From: Paraphysomonas bandaiensis
Taxonomy: Eukaryota; Protista; Chrysophyceae
Assembly (NCBI GenBank): GCA_965644295.1
Contig: CBFFRP010000076.1
Span: forward strand, 1 to 64,000
Length of the DNA: 64,000 bases
Reading direction: 5' to 3'
Shown: one piece after another, positions 51,965 to 64,000 of the stretch
How positions within the stretch are numbered: the stretch's first letter is position 1
How the letters are laid out: each line of letters opens with the position of its first letter
Program-made: the position numbers and the translations under genes
Notes under the pieces: model-generated
Told to the model about the DNA's origin: nothing
The model's input: the letters and a program-made list of their open reading frames with translations, nothing else
The model's database searches: none

Positions 51965-53508
51965 CAGGGCCTGGTAACCGTTAATGGCAGGGCTGCGTAA
52001 CAATGAATTAAATTGCAATTAATTGGCAATTATTAACTATATAGTATAAGAGCACAGAATACTAGAATTAGAAGTTGCAAAGCATTAAGGACGATGGCCA
52101 TTTATTGCCCTTAATTGCTATTACAATAGTGGGAAGGTTGGCCTCTCATTATGACGTTTTCTTTACATTAAGAAAGGTACTGTTTCTTTGAACGGTCGAT
52201 TATGTGTCTTTCCTCTTGATTTTGAGCTACAAAGCATAGTTCAGCTCGATCCATAGTGTATATGTAATGCTCAATACCCCTCTAGTTGAAGATATATATC
52301 TATATGTAGTGTGGCAAACATGTTCTTCCGATCCTGGATGCCTTACAGGACACTGTAGGATTGAAGTTCACTACGAACTGGATGTGCAGCGGTATGGACA
52401 TGGATTATCAGGGCTTTTACAGTTCTTTGCAGACGAAAACCTGGATATTTAGAGTTTTGGCCATGTAAATATCATACACCGTCAATCATATCATCATACG
52501 ACAATTGTGTGTATCATAATCCTGAGGTGTCTGACAACTTAACACCAGAATCAATTTCAAGGGTGTTTCTACCCAACTCGAGGACTTTGATAATGGCCCT
52601 CAGAAATGGGAATGCAGAGAATGTCAAAAATCCTATCAGTGACAGAGATAAGCAGGTTGGTTCACTGGGCTCAGCATGCAAAGCAGTACGAAGTCTGAGA
52701 TGAGATGTGGAGCTGATCTCATGGATTCTTATGTTGAGAATCAAAAGTTTCTCCTGTCTCTCACTGCGTTCAGATGGTTGGAGTGGATAACTATAGACGA
52801 TCATCGATTTTATTTTGCGGAGAAAGCGTTCTTGTGAATGTCTGATTATTATAAGAAAGCGTTGACGAGAAAGAATACCAATCTGAAGCCAATATCAAGT
52901 AGCACAATCATGAAATTTCTGGATGCTTTGGCGCAGCAAGTTGAAAAAGTGAAAGAAATGTTGCCTAATTCATTTGGCCTAGGTCAGGAATGTTGGACCT
53001 CAAACATGTTATGTTGGACAGAACTAGTGACAAAGAGGAAAACGAAGATGATGATGTCGCTTCACTGACGAGAAGACACCAAGCGCACCAAGATCAGAAG
53101 CGACTATATATACGCACGACCGCTGCTTGAAGCATATTTACTCCACTACTAATTGTGCTTTAAGGCTTTTCAGTAGAGCAAAAATCAACATGAGTGATCT
53201 GCGCAAATCTATGGCTCCTCGTCGATTAGAGGCCCTTATGTTCTTGCGCTTTAGTAGATTTCTGTGGAATGCAAGTACTCTTGAAGATGCTATACGTGCT
53301 TGCAATGAGTAACTAAGTTAATTAGACAATAATTGGCACAATTAAATTGGAATTAATTGCAATAATTTCAATTATAATTGCGCGAGCTATAACTAATAAA
53401 TGCAATTTAATTATAACTATAAAACGCAGCCCTGGTTAATGGTAATGCCATTATAATTGCCAGGAACTAGACTACCATTAATGGGCCATTAACGGTTACC
53501 ACGCCCTG
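51965..53508. mobile_element. ~89-bp micro-MITE of the 3641-5174 hAT family, split by a nested hAT
   Basis: CAGGGCCTGGTAACC...GGTTACCACGCCCTG; 8-bp TSD GCACTGAC (51957-51964, 53509-53516). Confidence 0.88.
51988..53434 (+). mobile_element. Nested hAT element with degenerate transposase
   Basis: TIR CAGGGCTGCGT...ACGCAGCCCTG; 8-bp TSD GTTAATGG (51980-51987, 53435-53442); RLFSRAKINMSDLRKSMAPRRLEALMFLRFSRFLW. Confidence 0.9.
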
Positions 53509-54209
53509 GCACTGACTGGGATGTTCACCTGGTTACTTGAACAGGCTTTTCTCACTGAATCTTTATTTCACTGATCTTTTAATTCGTAAAACGAAATGAA
53601 CGAATAGTGAAATCTATGTCGAGTTCTGCAATATGATGTGATATATATTGTGCAATTGAAGTGAGTTAACAGTGTGCAATAGGTAAAGTCAACTCATAGG
53701 TGTAACGGGTGATTATAGTTACAAAGGAATTAAATTCAGTTATTGATGTATGTGTGACTATACAAGATATAGAACTGACTGATGAACATATGATAAACAG
53801 ATGTTGCTAAGAACAGATGTTTCAACATATGTTACACGAATATGTAGTGAAGTGTACAGAATAATAATCATAATTTCTTACTTGAAAGTGCATTGTGTTC
53901 AACAGAGCAAGGTTAAGGTTTACGTGTAGAGCAAAGTTAACTTCAGTGGTGGAATGTCCAATTCGAACAATCTAGAAACTTGAATATCATGTTTAGTTAG
54001 CTGGTAATTAGAAGTATAAAGAAATTAGAAGAGTTATCTTTTATTTGACAACTTTGTTGACAACAACTGAGCATAGGGAATGGGTCCTATCTAGTTCTCC
54101 AAACATACCTATTCGCTTGCTTAAAACAATTATTCTTAATTGTCTCCAAGGGAAATATTTACGTGCCGAAGTTACTAAAAATAGCACAAAGAAGTGTGTG
54201 AATGCACCA

Positions 54210-57200
54210 CTACCAAACAAGCATGGTTCTATCTGACAAGTCACTGAACCTTTCCATAAATGTTTTAACTTCCCTTGCAGTGGCCTGCTCACTCTCTGTA
54301 AGCTGTGGATATTCAGAGAGCACCAGCTCCGGCCGATTTGACAGGGCGTTGATGAGCCACAAGGCCTTCACTGTGACCAGTTTAAGAACTCGTCTCGACA
54401 CAAGGCAGTACACCATGCAGGCCGGTGTCTGATTATCCTCAAAAGTGCTGTACGTGGGCAATGCTGTATTGCCACAGCACACTTCCATGTCTCCCACTGC
54501 ATCATATCGAAGTGAGACGCGTCGTCGTGTAGCGTGAGATGCTGTGAGGCTCCCCGTCATCTTACTGGAGTCATCATTGGCTCCACTCGACGGTCCATTA
54601 TTTGCAGAGGAGTTTAGATTAGTTGGTGTGTTGGAGGCGGATTCTTCATTGGGTATTGTGGGGAGCTGAATAAGCTCGAGTACTCCGGATAGAGAGAGGG
54701 ACTTGTTATTGGCGACGCAAACAGCAGGCAGTGACATAAGCCCCAATAACTCTTCAGTCACATCAATACTATCATGCAGTGACGGCTGTGAATTGTTCAA
54801 AAATATTCTCTTCACACTAGACATAAGATGACTGACACCACTGGGAGCAGAAATCTGGCCGACAAACAGATGTTAATTTAGGACAATAGTTGAGGAAAAA
54901 AAGCGTACATGAATGTATGTCAGCATCATCAATTCCAGTAAAGAGTCCACCAAGTGCTTTACATTCTCTGCAGACATGTACATAAGTCAGAACTGCTGAC
55001 GTTAGACTATATTACGCGTCCCAATTGCATCATCTGGATATGGTATAAACTACGGGAAACGTGTCATACTCACGTGACTTGACGTCACCAAAGCCGTAAT
55101 CTTCTACATGCATCTCACTGAGGGCAGAGGGAAGGTCGTCACTAACAACTTCAGGTGCTGGCATGCTCTGCACCAGATCTGATTCAAAAGGTTAAACCAT
55201 AAGTACACCAAGCAATGCACTACGCGCAGAATGCAAAATCTATTGCATTTAAACCTACCTATTAAACGCCCACCCCAAGAATATACTGTCCCATTATCCC
55301 CAACATCTCCCTTTTTCTTGCAATAGTCGAAGAATACGGTGCGCTGCAGACGCTCTATATGGCTCATATGTGCAGGTAGTTCCCCTGGAGACTCCTCTAC
55401 AGGCAGAATATCTACACAAATCAATATCATGAATACTGCATGACATAATACATTTATTGAGTATACACGGGACACTGCATACTTATAAAATAGTTCAACA
55501 TACTGGTGAGTGTGTACTTGCAGTATGACCTACTTTTTTCTTGCAACTGCCTGATGGTAATACACACAGTTGTTAATGCAGCGGAAATATCTCTCCTTAT
55601 TTGTATGGCCCTCACTCGGGAAGGGTGCAGCGCCCTGTGAACAGCCATTACTACACTACCGCTCAGCATTTAGACAATAAATCGTTATCGCTATTGCAGG
55701 ATTTACCCTCACACATATAGTGAAAATGTGGTTTACATATAGGTATTAAGAACTGCCCGTACAGCCACTGTGAGTATTCCAACACATATTCGCTTTGCAA
55801 TCTCCTTATGGTGTGACAGCACGTTGACGACATCGCAGATAACCCCCCTATCATAGATACACATTAAATACAACGAAAGACCATCATTGAATAAGTGCTA
55901 TCCAGAAATATGTAACGAACAAGTACCTAACGGTATAACGACAATATTCTGTGTAAGTACAATGTATACGCCATCGAGCAAGCGAGATATGCACGTATCA
56001 TGTTTTGCAGCAATAGCATATAACGCTAAATATGCACACCTGTAACTTAACCCCAGTGCTACTATTCCATTTGATACTTTGACGCCCCGTCTATATGGTG
56101 CATTGCTATTCCACTCCTACGAAAAATACAAGCATATAATGAGGACAGTAACAACCTATTCATGGATTTACACCTACACAGACTAGCATGTAGAGAAATG
56201 TATACACACTGTAAATACAGTCACCATAGGTGCATCTACCTCTCTACAAATGTCATCCATTATCATGGCCTCGAATACATGACCTGCTTGCATGACGCCT
56301 TCATCACATTTCTCCGGGATAACCTCATGAAAATCTGCAGCCCTTTGTACCAAGAGAGCCTCTATGGAATCCACACCTACCACAAACTATAACAACACCG
56401 CCCCGACACATACTGTAGCTAATTACGATATCATATAATACAATAAAGCAAGCACATTGCACATGTGTATGGGAATATATGTATCAGTACTTTAGGTAAA
56501 ATATTCATCATATTCGAGGAGATGGCAATGTATTGTGCGTACACTCCGCGTACCTTCGCTATCCCCACACGACGCTATCTGCGAGAGAAGATTCATCATA
56601 GCATCCCTTGCTGTCAGGAGACTGCACATGTTGAGACACCACTCCCTAACACATCATTAAGCCATAGCTATATACATGCCTCATATATATTTCAATGCAC
56701 GACTAGCACCATTGTTACCTGGAAGGGACTTCAAACAACGCAGGTGTGTGACTACGTTGAATATTGTGCAGACACTCATCTGCAGCCTTTGATAGCAAGA
56801 CCAGACTCTGTAATAATTTCCCATGTGGGCGATAGGCACTGGAAATAGCCCCCTAGATATATATTACACATTATCCGCTCTCACAATCACCATCAGCACC
56901 ATACAACGCTAACGTAAAAACACACTACAAGACTAACCATCCTGGAGTCTACTGATCCGGAGTAGCTGCCGGATGTATTTAGGCCTAATCCAGATGCAGC
57001 AAACGCCATAGCGGACACATTCATTCCGTCTTCATCACCATCAACGCTTTCCTGCCTGGTGCGAGACGACGTGCTACCATCCACACTCTGAGTATCGTCC
57101 TAATACCCACATATATCATATGAAACTAAACAACCAGAAACATTTAGTTGAGGTTAGGGGTTGTTGACTTACTTCCGACATGCTGCTCGGGGACGACCTC

Positions 57201-59553
57201 ACAATGACGCTAAACAAGTTACATGCATCCTCAATCATACGAAAAGCGTCCCTGTAGAAATACCACCATATAATCAGAAGACTACACGAGCACACAGCAG
57301 CACACATGCCAATTTCTTGGTATTTACTGCTCTCTGCAATATTATGCAAAGAACCACGTCAAATATTCACACACTGCACCAAAAAGAGTACAGAAACATA
57401 GTTCGTATCTATATCTATTCTATATTCAGCGAGAAATACATGATGTGTAGTTTATCCTTGCACCTGCATACTTTCGTTCGCTCTATCTCAGCATGCCCGA
57501 ACTGCAGCACCGTTGGGGCTGTACGAAAGAAGCAACTGGAGCCAGTAGGCATAGGAGTCTCAGAAAACTCCCCTGAAAACAAATCACTGGACGAACAGCA
57601 TTCGAAAGTCACATACTTACTGTGACTATCCTCAAGCACCTGCATAACCTTAGTGCCAATAATACCCGTGGCCTCAGGAAGACCACACCAGTGGTTTTTT
57701 CTGTAATGTCGGTCCAGGGCCTGCCGCCACCAAGAGCAAATTGCAAGACTGAATTTATCCCTACCATTCTATATCGATGCACCACCGAAATGAATTACAT
57801 TGATGAGTCAAGAACGGCAGCTACAACTACTATAGCATACATACTCTCGCTATTCATGCAAACGGCAATAGCAGATTGCATACCGATTCTCCTGTCTCCT
57901 CAGCACACTTCGATAAACATTGTTCAAGGATTTCGTCTAGCATATTCGGAGTCTGCAAAAGTATGTGGCCAACGGCATAGAACGGTAGCACACAGGACGA
58001 GTAGGCATGACCAACTTTTAAAAATACATGATCTTGTGAGGATGCCCTGAGGATTTTCTTGCTCTTGTACTACAAATGAACATTATGAGCACATGTATAG
58101 CATCTTGCAATCATATACACTATATTCTCAGCAGGTACTATACCTGAAAAGTAAACATCTTTTTACTTCCACTCTCCTCCTCCTCATGTTCGACCTCAAC
58201 AAGTCTGATAATATGAGAATTACACACTAAATGTAGACATCAAAAAACGCCATAGCCAATGCAGTATGCGTTTACTATATACTTCTATACATACTTGATG
58301 GGCTCATATATACCCTGGGAAGGAAGTAGGAAGTATTGACCGAGAGATGGCTGCTCAGAATCATCGAACCTGAAACAAGCATGAACACTCTAAACCAAAA
58401 TACTATTAAATATATCAAGTGGTATCTGAAATATCTAATTATGCCTACACGCTTTAACAGCGCTTCTACTTCTACGTGCCCATATACATATGCATCCAAG
58501 ATATGTATATTCTTATATCGATCTCACTTTTCCCACGGTATGCAGTGAGTCACTGGGACAACTATTTCTTTGAAGGCAAGAGAAGAAGACGCACAGGTGT
58601 CATCAATTATCACACTTGCAAACGGGCCATTTTGATTCCGCGAACTCTTTACTTGGATAGAAGCCTCTGTCTACGCAAAATAATTAGCACAGTGCAGCAA
58701 GAATACATATAACTCACGTCACCATTTTCCCATGTGAGGTTATCTACTACACCAGAAACATACACATCATAAGGGTGGTCCCACTTGAACTCTGATAAGG
58801 AGAACTTCTGACTATAAACCACCTCTGCCTGGCCATGATTGATGGAGCTGAATGTTACAATAACACATAGTTAACATATTACGAGCCCAGCCACGGTGAC
58901 ACCAATACACTTTTCAAGAGTTTACGACAATCACCATGCAGGATACACCACAATGTGATATTATACTTCTCGAATCTAATAGTACGCAACAAGGTGTTCG
59001 TCAAACCTGACTCCGAAATCCATCGCCCAGTTGTCTGTATTACACATACCCACCAGAACTCGTGAACCCGGCGCAAGCACAGTTAATCTGTCATAAACTT
59101 TCATTCAAGTTGTGTGAATAAATACCAATATATTAGAAGGGACTCCTCCAAACACACCAAAAACATGCGGCGTAAATTTTAGAATAGATACATACTTGTG
59201 GGACAGCGAGGATATTTTCCATTGACTTATAATAGCATCCAAAGCTTCACATGCCTAAATGTGATATAACTCTGTTGTTAGTCATGTCAGGCAATAACGC
59301 ACATGTGACGCCAGATCATCCAACCCGGTGTCGATGATGTTTATAGTACTCGCCACCACAGAATCACTAAATGACGTAATATTCGCCTCCAAATTCACTA
59401 CCAACTCATGAAGAGTGCTAATGCAGCGCGACACACTACAATGACGAGGTAAACTTTAAAGTGGTGAGTGGAGAGGAGCGCATACCGCACGTTATCTTGG
59501 TTCATTGAACTCTAAATGACTTCACGCAAACATACGTTACTTCGATCCAACAT
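54210..59553 (-). CDS. Large multi-exon protein of unknown function
   Basis: Long run of short minus-strand open segments bounded by GT-AG introns, with a 204-aa terminal ORF; exon structure and start not fully resolved. Confidence 0.55.
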
Positions 59554-59661
59554 GAAAGCAATCATAAGATACCAATACACGATAATCGGTGAGCGAAACA
59601 ATCACCAGCCCTTCGATACATATTACCCATACCAGTTATATGATGGGCGTTTATTGAGAGC

Positions 59662-59695
59662 AGAGTAGAGTAGAGTAGAGTAGAGTAGAGTAGAG
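59662..59695. repeat. (AGAGT)n pentanucleotide microsatellite
   Basis: Directly visible in a divergent intergenic gap. Confidence 0.9.
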
Positions 59696-60006
59696 GGGAG
59701 GGTCACTTGGATCTATTATGTAGGACTACCATACGTATATCTATATATACGGTATACACACCACTGTACTACGCACCTTTATAAAAAAACGGTTGAGTTG
59801 TAAAAACTGAAATTTATTGTGTCTATTGAAGCTGCAGAGGGAGAATGATTGATTGACCGAAACCTGTTGAATGAAATGAATAAAATAAGAGGAGACATCC
59901 ATCCACATGAGCGGTCTGTGTATGTGTATGTATGGGCATAATGCGAACCAAGAACACTTGAATAGTAGGCATTTGCTCCGCATTCAGACATAAATATATA
60001 TTGACA

Positions 60007-60995
60007 ATGCAAGAGGCATTATTATTGAATAACGAGCACTTACCTGCAATCAGGCTTCATGCCACTGCAGTTTTCGGTATATTGAACAGTTTCATGAGAA
60101 GAGAAGACAGGCATTCCAGAGTGATTGGCACACTGCTAGGCGTGTCTCAAGAGGGATACATCGATGTAATACCTTATTCATTTAGTGGCGGGAAGCATGT
60201 GTTTATGTATGTTTGGCAGGTAATGGACAGCTTTCCTGTTCGTCATGTGGAGAAGAGCGATGAGATATATGTTGCCATCAATAAAGAGGACCACAAAAAG
60301 ATGTACGGTTTTCATAAGCGTATTAACCGTAAAGAAGTAATTGTTGGGTGGTATACTACTACCCTCCCAAATTCGGCGCTTATTGTTGACAACTCTTCAC
60401 TTATTCACGAGTTTTATAGCCATGAATGCAGAGATCCGATTCAGCTTGTAGTCGATACCAACTTGAGTTCAGGGACGGATAACATTGCTATTAAGGCTTT
60501 TATTAGTCAACCCATGATTGTTGGCACACATGCACTGGCGAATATGTTTCAAGAAATTAAAGTGGAGGTCGTAATGTCGGAGTCAGAGGTAACATTTGTG
60601 TGGTAATATTTGATTACAATAAAATGTTTCTGCAGGTGGCCTGCATCAATCACATGATCAAGGGTCAGGACCCTCGCACAGCCTTCTCCAGCAGTGAAAT
60701 TATATCCACCATCAACAGTCCAGCTACTGAACTAGTTAACTCCGTCTCACTGTTGGTAGATCTTGTGGATAAAGTTAGCGTTTATGTGTCTGAGGTCGTC
60801 AGTGGAAAAAGAGAAGCAGACCCCGAGGTGGGGATCATGCTCGCTGATATCATGAGTTCCTTGCAAGTGGTTAGCCCCGAGGATTTCAAAAAGTACTTCG
60901 ATAGCAAGACTCAAGACATGCTTATGGTATCTTTTCTTTCAACACTAACTAAAACTCAACTTGCTGTCGCGGAGAGACTGGTTCGGGTTCTCTGA
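60007..60995 (+). CDS. EIF3F: Translation initiation factor 3 subunit F (MPN domain)
   Basis: RVIGTLLG, VMDSFPVRHVE, EVIVGWYTT, LIHEFY, PIQLVVDT, QDMLMVSFLSTLTKTQLAVAERL; two introns, the first in frame. Confidence 0.9.
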
Positions 60996-61652
60996 GTAGC
61001 CATAGCTGTGGTAAACAGTCGATGATAGTGAGTAACTTAGCAGCTGTTAATATTACTTTCATTTGGCTGTAAAGTGAAGTATAATTTGAGAGTTGAATAA
61101 TAATATCGTGTTCGTAAACCCGATGAACTGTATCATTAATTGTACTGTAGTCATTTGGTTTTTACTTTAACTTGCCGGATGACAAAGAGTCACGTAGAAT
61201 GGCATGTATAATGTATACTGCATACCAGAGTTAGGGAACAATATATATTTATTGGTGGATCGGCAAAATATTCCATCAACACTATTTCTGTTAAAGTAGC
61301 TCACAATATATTGCAATTTTAATAGGAAGCTTCTCATCTGTAGTGCAAAATATAAGTCCATGATATTTAATATTTATAGAGTTGTAAGACAATTGAAATT
61401 AGTGTGAATAAAAGCTTCGTACTTTAAAGTGAAAAAATATTTTCAAAACCAAATTAGCACACAAGCACACAACTATACGAATGTCACCACTACTAAATCC
61501 ACGTATTATACAAGGTTCAGTTCTTGTCAACATTACAATACTATTGCATAAATCTTATGGTATAAAATAATAATGAAGCCTGTAAGAAATTTAAATTCGA
61601 CGACATATACAATATACACCTATTCGTGAATGTATACATTACTACTGATCAT

Positions 61653-62840
61653 TCAATTTTCTTCTTCATAAGTTCCTCTTACGACTTGAACACTGTCTCT
61701 AACATGCCACCTACCCATGGCCATCACATCCCGAATCTCTCCGTCTTCCTCTAACACTAATAAATCTGCATCGAAACCTTCCATTACTCGTCCCTTGCGC
61801 GGAAGTCGCAGGAAGTCTGCTACATTAGACGTGAGCATTGGAAGCACGACTGAGATCTCCCATCCCTCTCTCCATATCTTTAGGAGGGTTTCATGTAGCG
61901 TACATGCAGTACCGACCCCCATAGAGAGCAATGTTCCACTTCCGTCGAATATCGGCAAACTTCCCCCACAGTCCGAGCTGACGGTAAGCAAGTGCGCCGG
62001 AATTCCTCGTGTAAGCGCAAGAGAGATGGCCTCGGTGGCTGACCACCCCCTACCCACGACCGACTGTGGAAATGCGGTGATGTCCCCATGCATCCCATGC
62101 TGCGACATCAGCTCGCAAGCCTGGTCAAAGAGTGCTCTATTCCTATTAATGTGAGTGGGGTGGAACACCTTCGCGGGAAGTTCAGTCTCCGTTATGGCTC
62201 GTTGCACCATATCTAACCGTCTTTGACCCTCCCCCATGTGAAGATGCAATACACCCGCCTTGCCTGACAGCAAGCCTCCGACGTAGGCGTCACTGGCGAG
62301 ACGTACTAACTCATCGTACGTTGGCTGGCTCGATCGGTGATCGCTCAAGGCAAACTCACCAATTCCAATAACGGGCTCGATATATAATATATCAGACTTG
62401 GCACTGCCTGTGAGAGTAGTCAGTGGCAGGTGGTAGCCTCCAGTCCAGCAGAAAGCAGACATGCCTTCTTGTCTAAGACCATACACACGTGATACCACAT
62501 TTCCAGTAGACCGAGTACTGTCGTCGGTACCAAGCAATCCGATGACTGTGGTGACCCCAACGCTAGTAAACTGGCTAATTTGTACTTGAGGGACCTGAGT
62601 GGCAAATCCCCCCTCCCCCCCTCCACCGGTAATATGTGTGTGACAATCGATATATCCAGGAAACACCATTCTTCCACCCAGATCGACCACCTCCACCGAT
62701 ATACCGCTAGGTGCTTCGAAAGGCGAATCACTGAGTGCAAGAATCCTTCCTGCCCCTATCAGGATCGACTTAACCCCCTGTGGTTCAGGGGAGTACAGGT
62801 CCGCGTTATTTAAAACAATCAGTGACGCTTTATCACTCAT
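61653..62840 (-). CDS. iadA: Isoaspartyl dipeptidase (beta-aspartyl peptidase, M38 amidohydrolase)
   Basis: Intronless 395 aa: PGYIDCHTHITGGGGEGG, GVTTVIGLLGTD, WTGGY, GIGEFALSDHRSSQPT, HLHMG, PTHINRN, SSDCGGSLP, KGRVMEGFDADL. Confidence 0.95.
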   Translation of the reverse strand: MSDKASLIVLNNADLYSPEPQGVKSILIGAGRILALSDSPFEAPSGISVEVVDLGGRMVFPGYIDCHTHITGGGGEGGFATQVPQVQISQFTSVGVTTVIGLLGTDDSTRSTGNVVSRVYGLRQEGMSAFCWTGGYHLPLTTLTGSAKSDILYIEPVIGIGEFALSDHRSSQPTYDELVRLASDAYVGGLLSGKAGVLHLHMGEGQRRLDMVQRAITETELPAKVFHPTHINRNRALFDQACELMSQHGMHGDITAFPQSVVGRGWSATEAISLALTRGIPAHLLTVSSDCGGSLPIFDGSGTLLSMGVGTACTLHETLLKIWREGWEISVVLPMLTSNVADFLRLPRKGRVMEGFDADLLVLEEDGEIRDVMAMGRWHVRDSVQVVRGTYEEEN

Positions 62841-63388
62841 ATTTAGCGGATCTATTCAGTCAGATGACCGATCACTCATGTTATTCAGTACTGTATCGTG
62901 ATGGATATGTCTGCTTGTATAGAAGGTGTATGTATCACTCACATCAGCTCAGTCTCACATATGATCTTCTTCATATCCATATGCTTCACTGTATCCTATC
63001 CTGCATACTGCTGCTGAATACCGTCAGAGTACAGGAATTATACTGCTGTATACATTGCTGTTATACGGTATACCCATGGGCATGATACACACAGCATGTC
63101 TATCATATACCTATATGTACGACCCTGTATAGACCCTGCTGTATATATGCATATATGCCACACGCCTGCATCACAACATCTGACGAGAGAGATTTGCTGC
63201 CAAACTCTCAAACCATGTTATGAGGAGTCGTTGATGTGCGGACATCAGCAGATGGGTTGCTGTGTTCTCACTTGTTTCATTGATTAGAGCCGCAGTGTCT
63301 TCTCATCATATCTATCTATATCTATATTCATATATCGATATTAACACTATTGGATCGTATCATAAGTGGATCGTAGCATCAGATCAAT

Positions 63389-64000
63389 ATGGAAGAAATT
63401 AAACAATTGGCTCAAGAAATCGATGAAGTGATCTGTAAATTTGAAGATGTTGGGGATAATGATTTGTCTGAGTCGGATGAGCACCGAGTGATCGCGCCCT
63501 CAGAGCGACGCCAATCAGCAGAACACTGCTTTGAGTTAGCTCTTGCGGAATCTGAAAAAGAAAGCCTACAAGATGATGTCGCAATGTTGTCCTCGAGAAA
63601 TGAGGAGCTGGAGGACTGTATCCTTCATCAGCGCTTTATCATTGACTTACTGAAAAATTTGAACGAGAAACTGTACAAGAAAGCTGGGACTGATGACGAG
63701 GCCTTAAACGAGGAAATCCGTCAATTGAACGACACCCTTCTCACGTATAACGATCGAAGTCTAGAGTTGCAGGAGAACTCTTCAGCCAATACCCTCCGAC
63801 ATTCCAAATATATACCGAGTCCTAGGAAGACAAAGAGCAATACGAAAATGGCTGTTGAGATGGGCGAGATGCAGCTAATGGTATCCCAATTAAAAGGGTC
63901 CCTTGCAGCTGCTCTTGCCCGACAGGAAGACCACCAGCGTATTCGTCGACTGCTTGAACAGGAGCTGAACGAGGAACGGCTGAAAAGACTTCACGCAGAG
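63389..64000 (+). CDS. Coiled-coil protein, 3'-partial
   Basis: Frame open from ATG 63389 (MEEIKQLAQEIDEV...) to the window end; rich in E/L/K/Q heptads; absent from the ORF track because there is no stop in the window. Confidence 0.7.
   Translation, partial: MEEIKQLAQEIDEVICKFEDVGDNDLSESDEHRVIAPSERRQSAEHCFELALAESEKESLQDDVAMLSSRNEELEDCILHQRFIIDLLKNLNEKLYKKAGTDDEALNEEIRQLNDTLLTYNDRSLELQENSSANTLRHSKYIPSPRKTKSNTKMAVEMGEMQLMVSQLKGSLAAALARQEDHQRIRRLLEQELNEERLKRLHAE

Noticed and set aside
54210-59553. Assignment of the large gene as CFAP46-like
   Set aside because: Resemblance was limited to a few residues; insufficient for a name.
60166-60219. Apparent insertion in eIF3F (similar cases in the GH81 and MULE ORFs)
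   Set aside because: Explained by stop-free in-frame GT-AG introns.
1-64000. Bacterial contamination or an operon explaining cyanophycinase/iadA
   Set aside because: The cyanophycinase has spliceosomal introns, both genes sit among eukaryotic genes, and they are 60 kb apart.

Overview
Eukaryotic nuclear DNA from a compact protist genome. Introns are mostly ~45-70 nt GT-AG; gene content and style suggest a phagotrophic stramenopile such as a chrysophyte, which is inference only. About 18 host genes are present, almost all in head-to-head pairs. Clusters of hAT, MULE, MITE and retroposon-like repeats fill mainly the tail-to-tail gaps. Main observation: the window encodes both enzymes of the bacterial two-step cyanophycin degradation route. 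One is a spliced, signal-peptide-bearing cyanophycinase (peptidase S51; minus strand, 1257 to beyond the left edge; its main exon is missing from the ORF track). The other is an intronless IadA-type isoaspartyl dipeptidase (61653-62840). Other notable items: long (ATAC)n microsatellites that fill two divergent-promoter gaps, a palindromic TATAC-S-GTATA motif found in 5' gaps, a secreted tailspike/pectate-lyase-like beta-helix protein, an inverted CaMK gene duplication, an 8-repeat MYB, and several nested transposons with recoverable TSDs. All calls come from manual reading and motif recognition; no searches were run.
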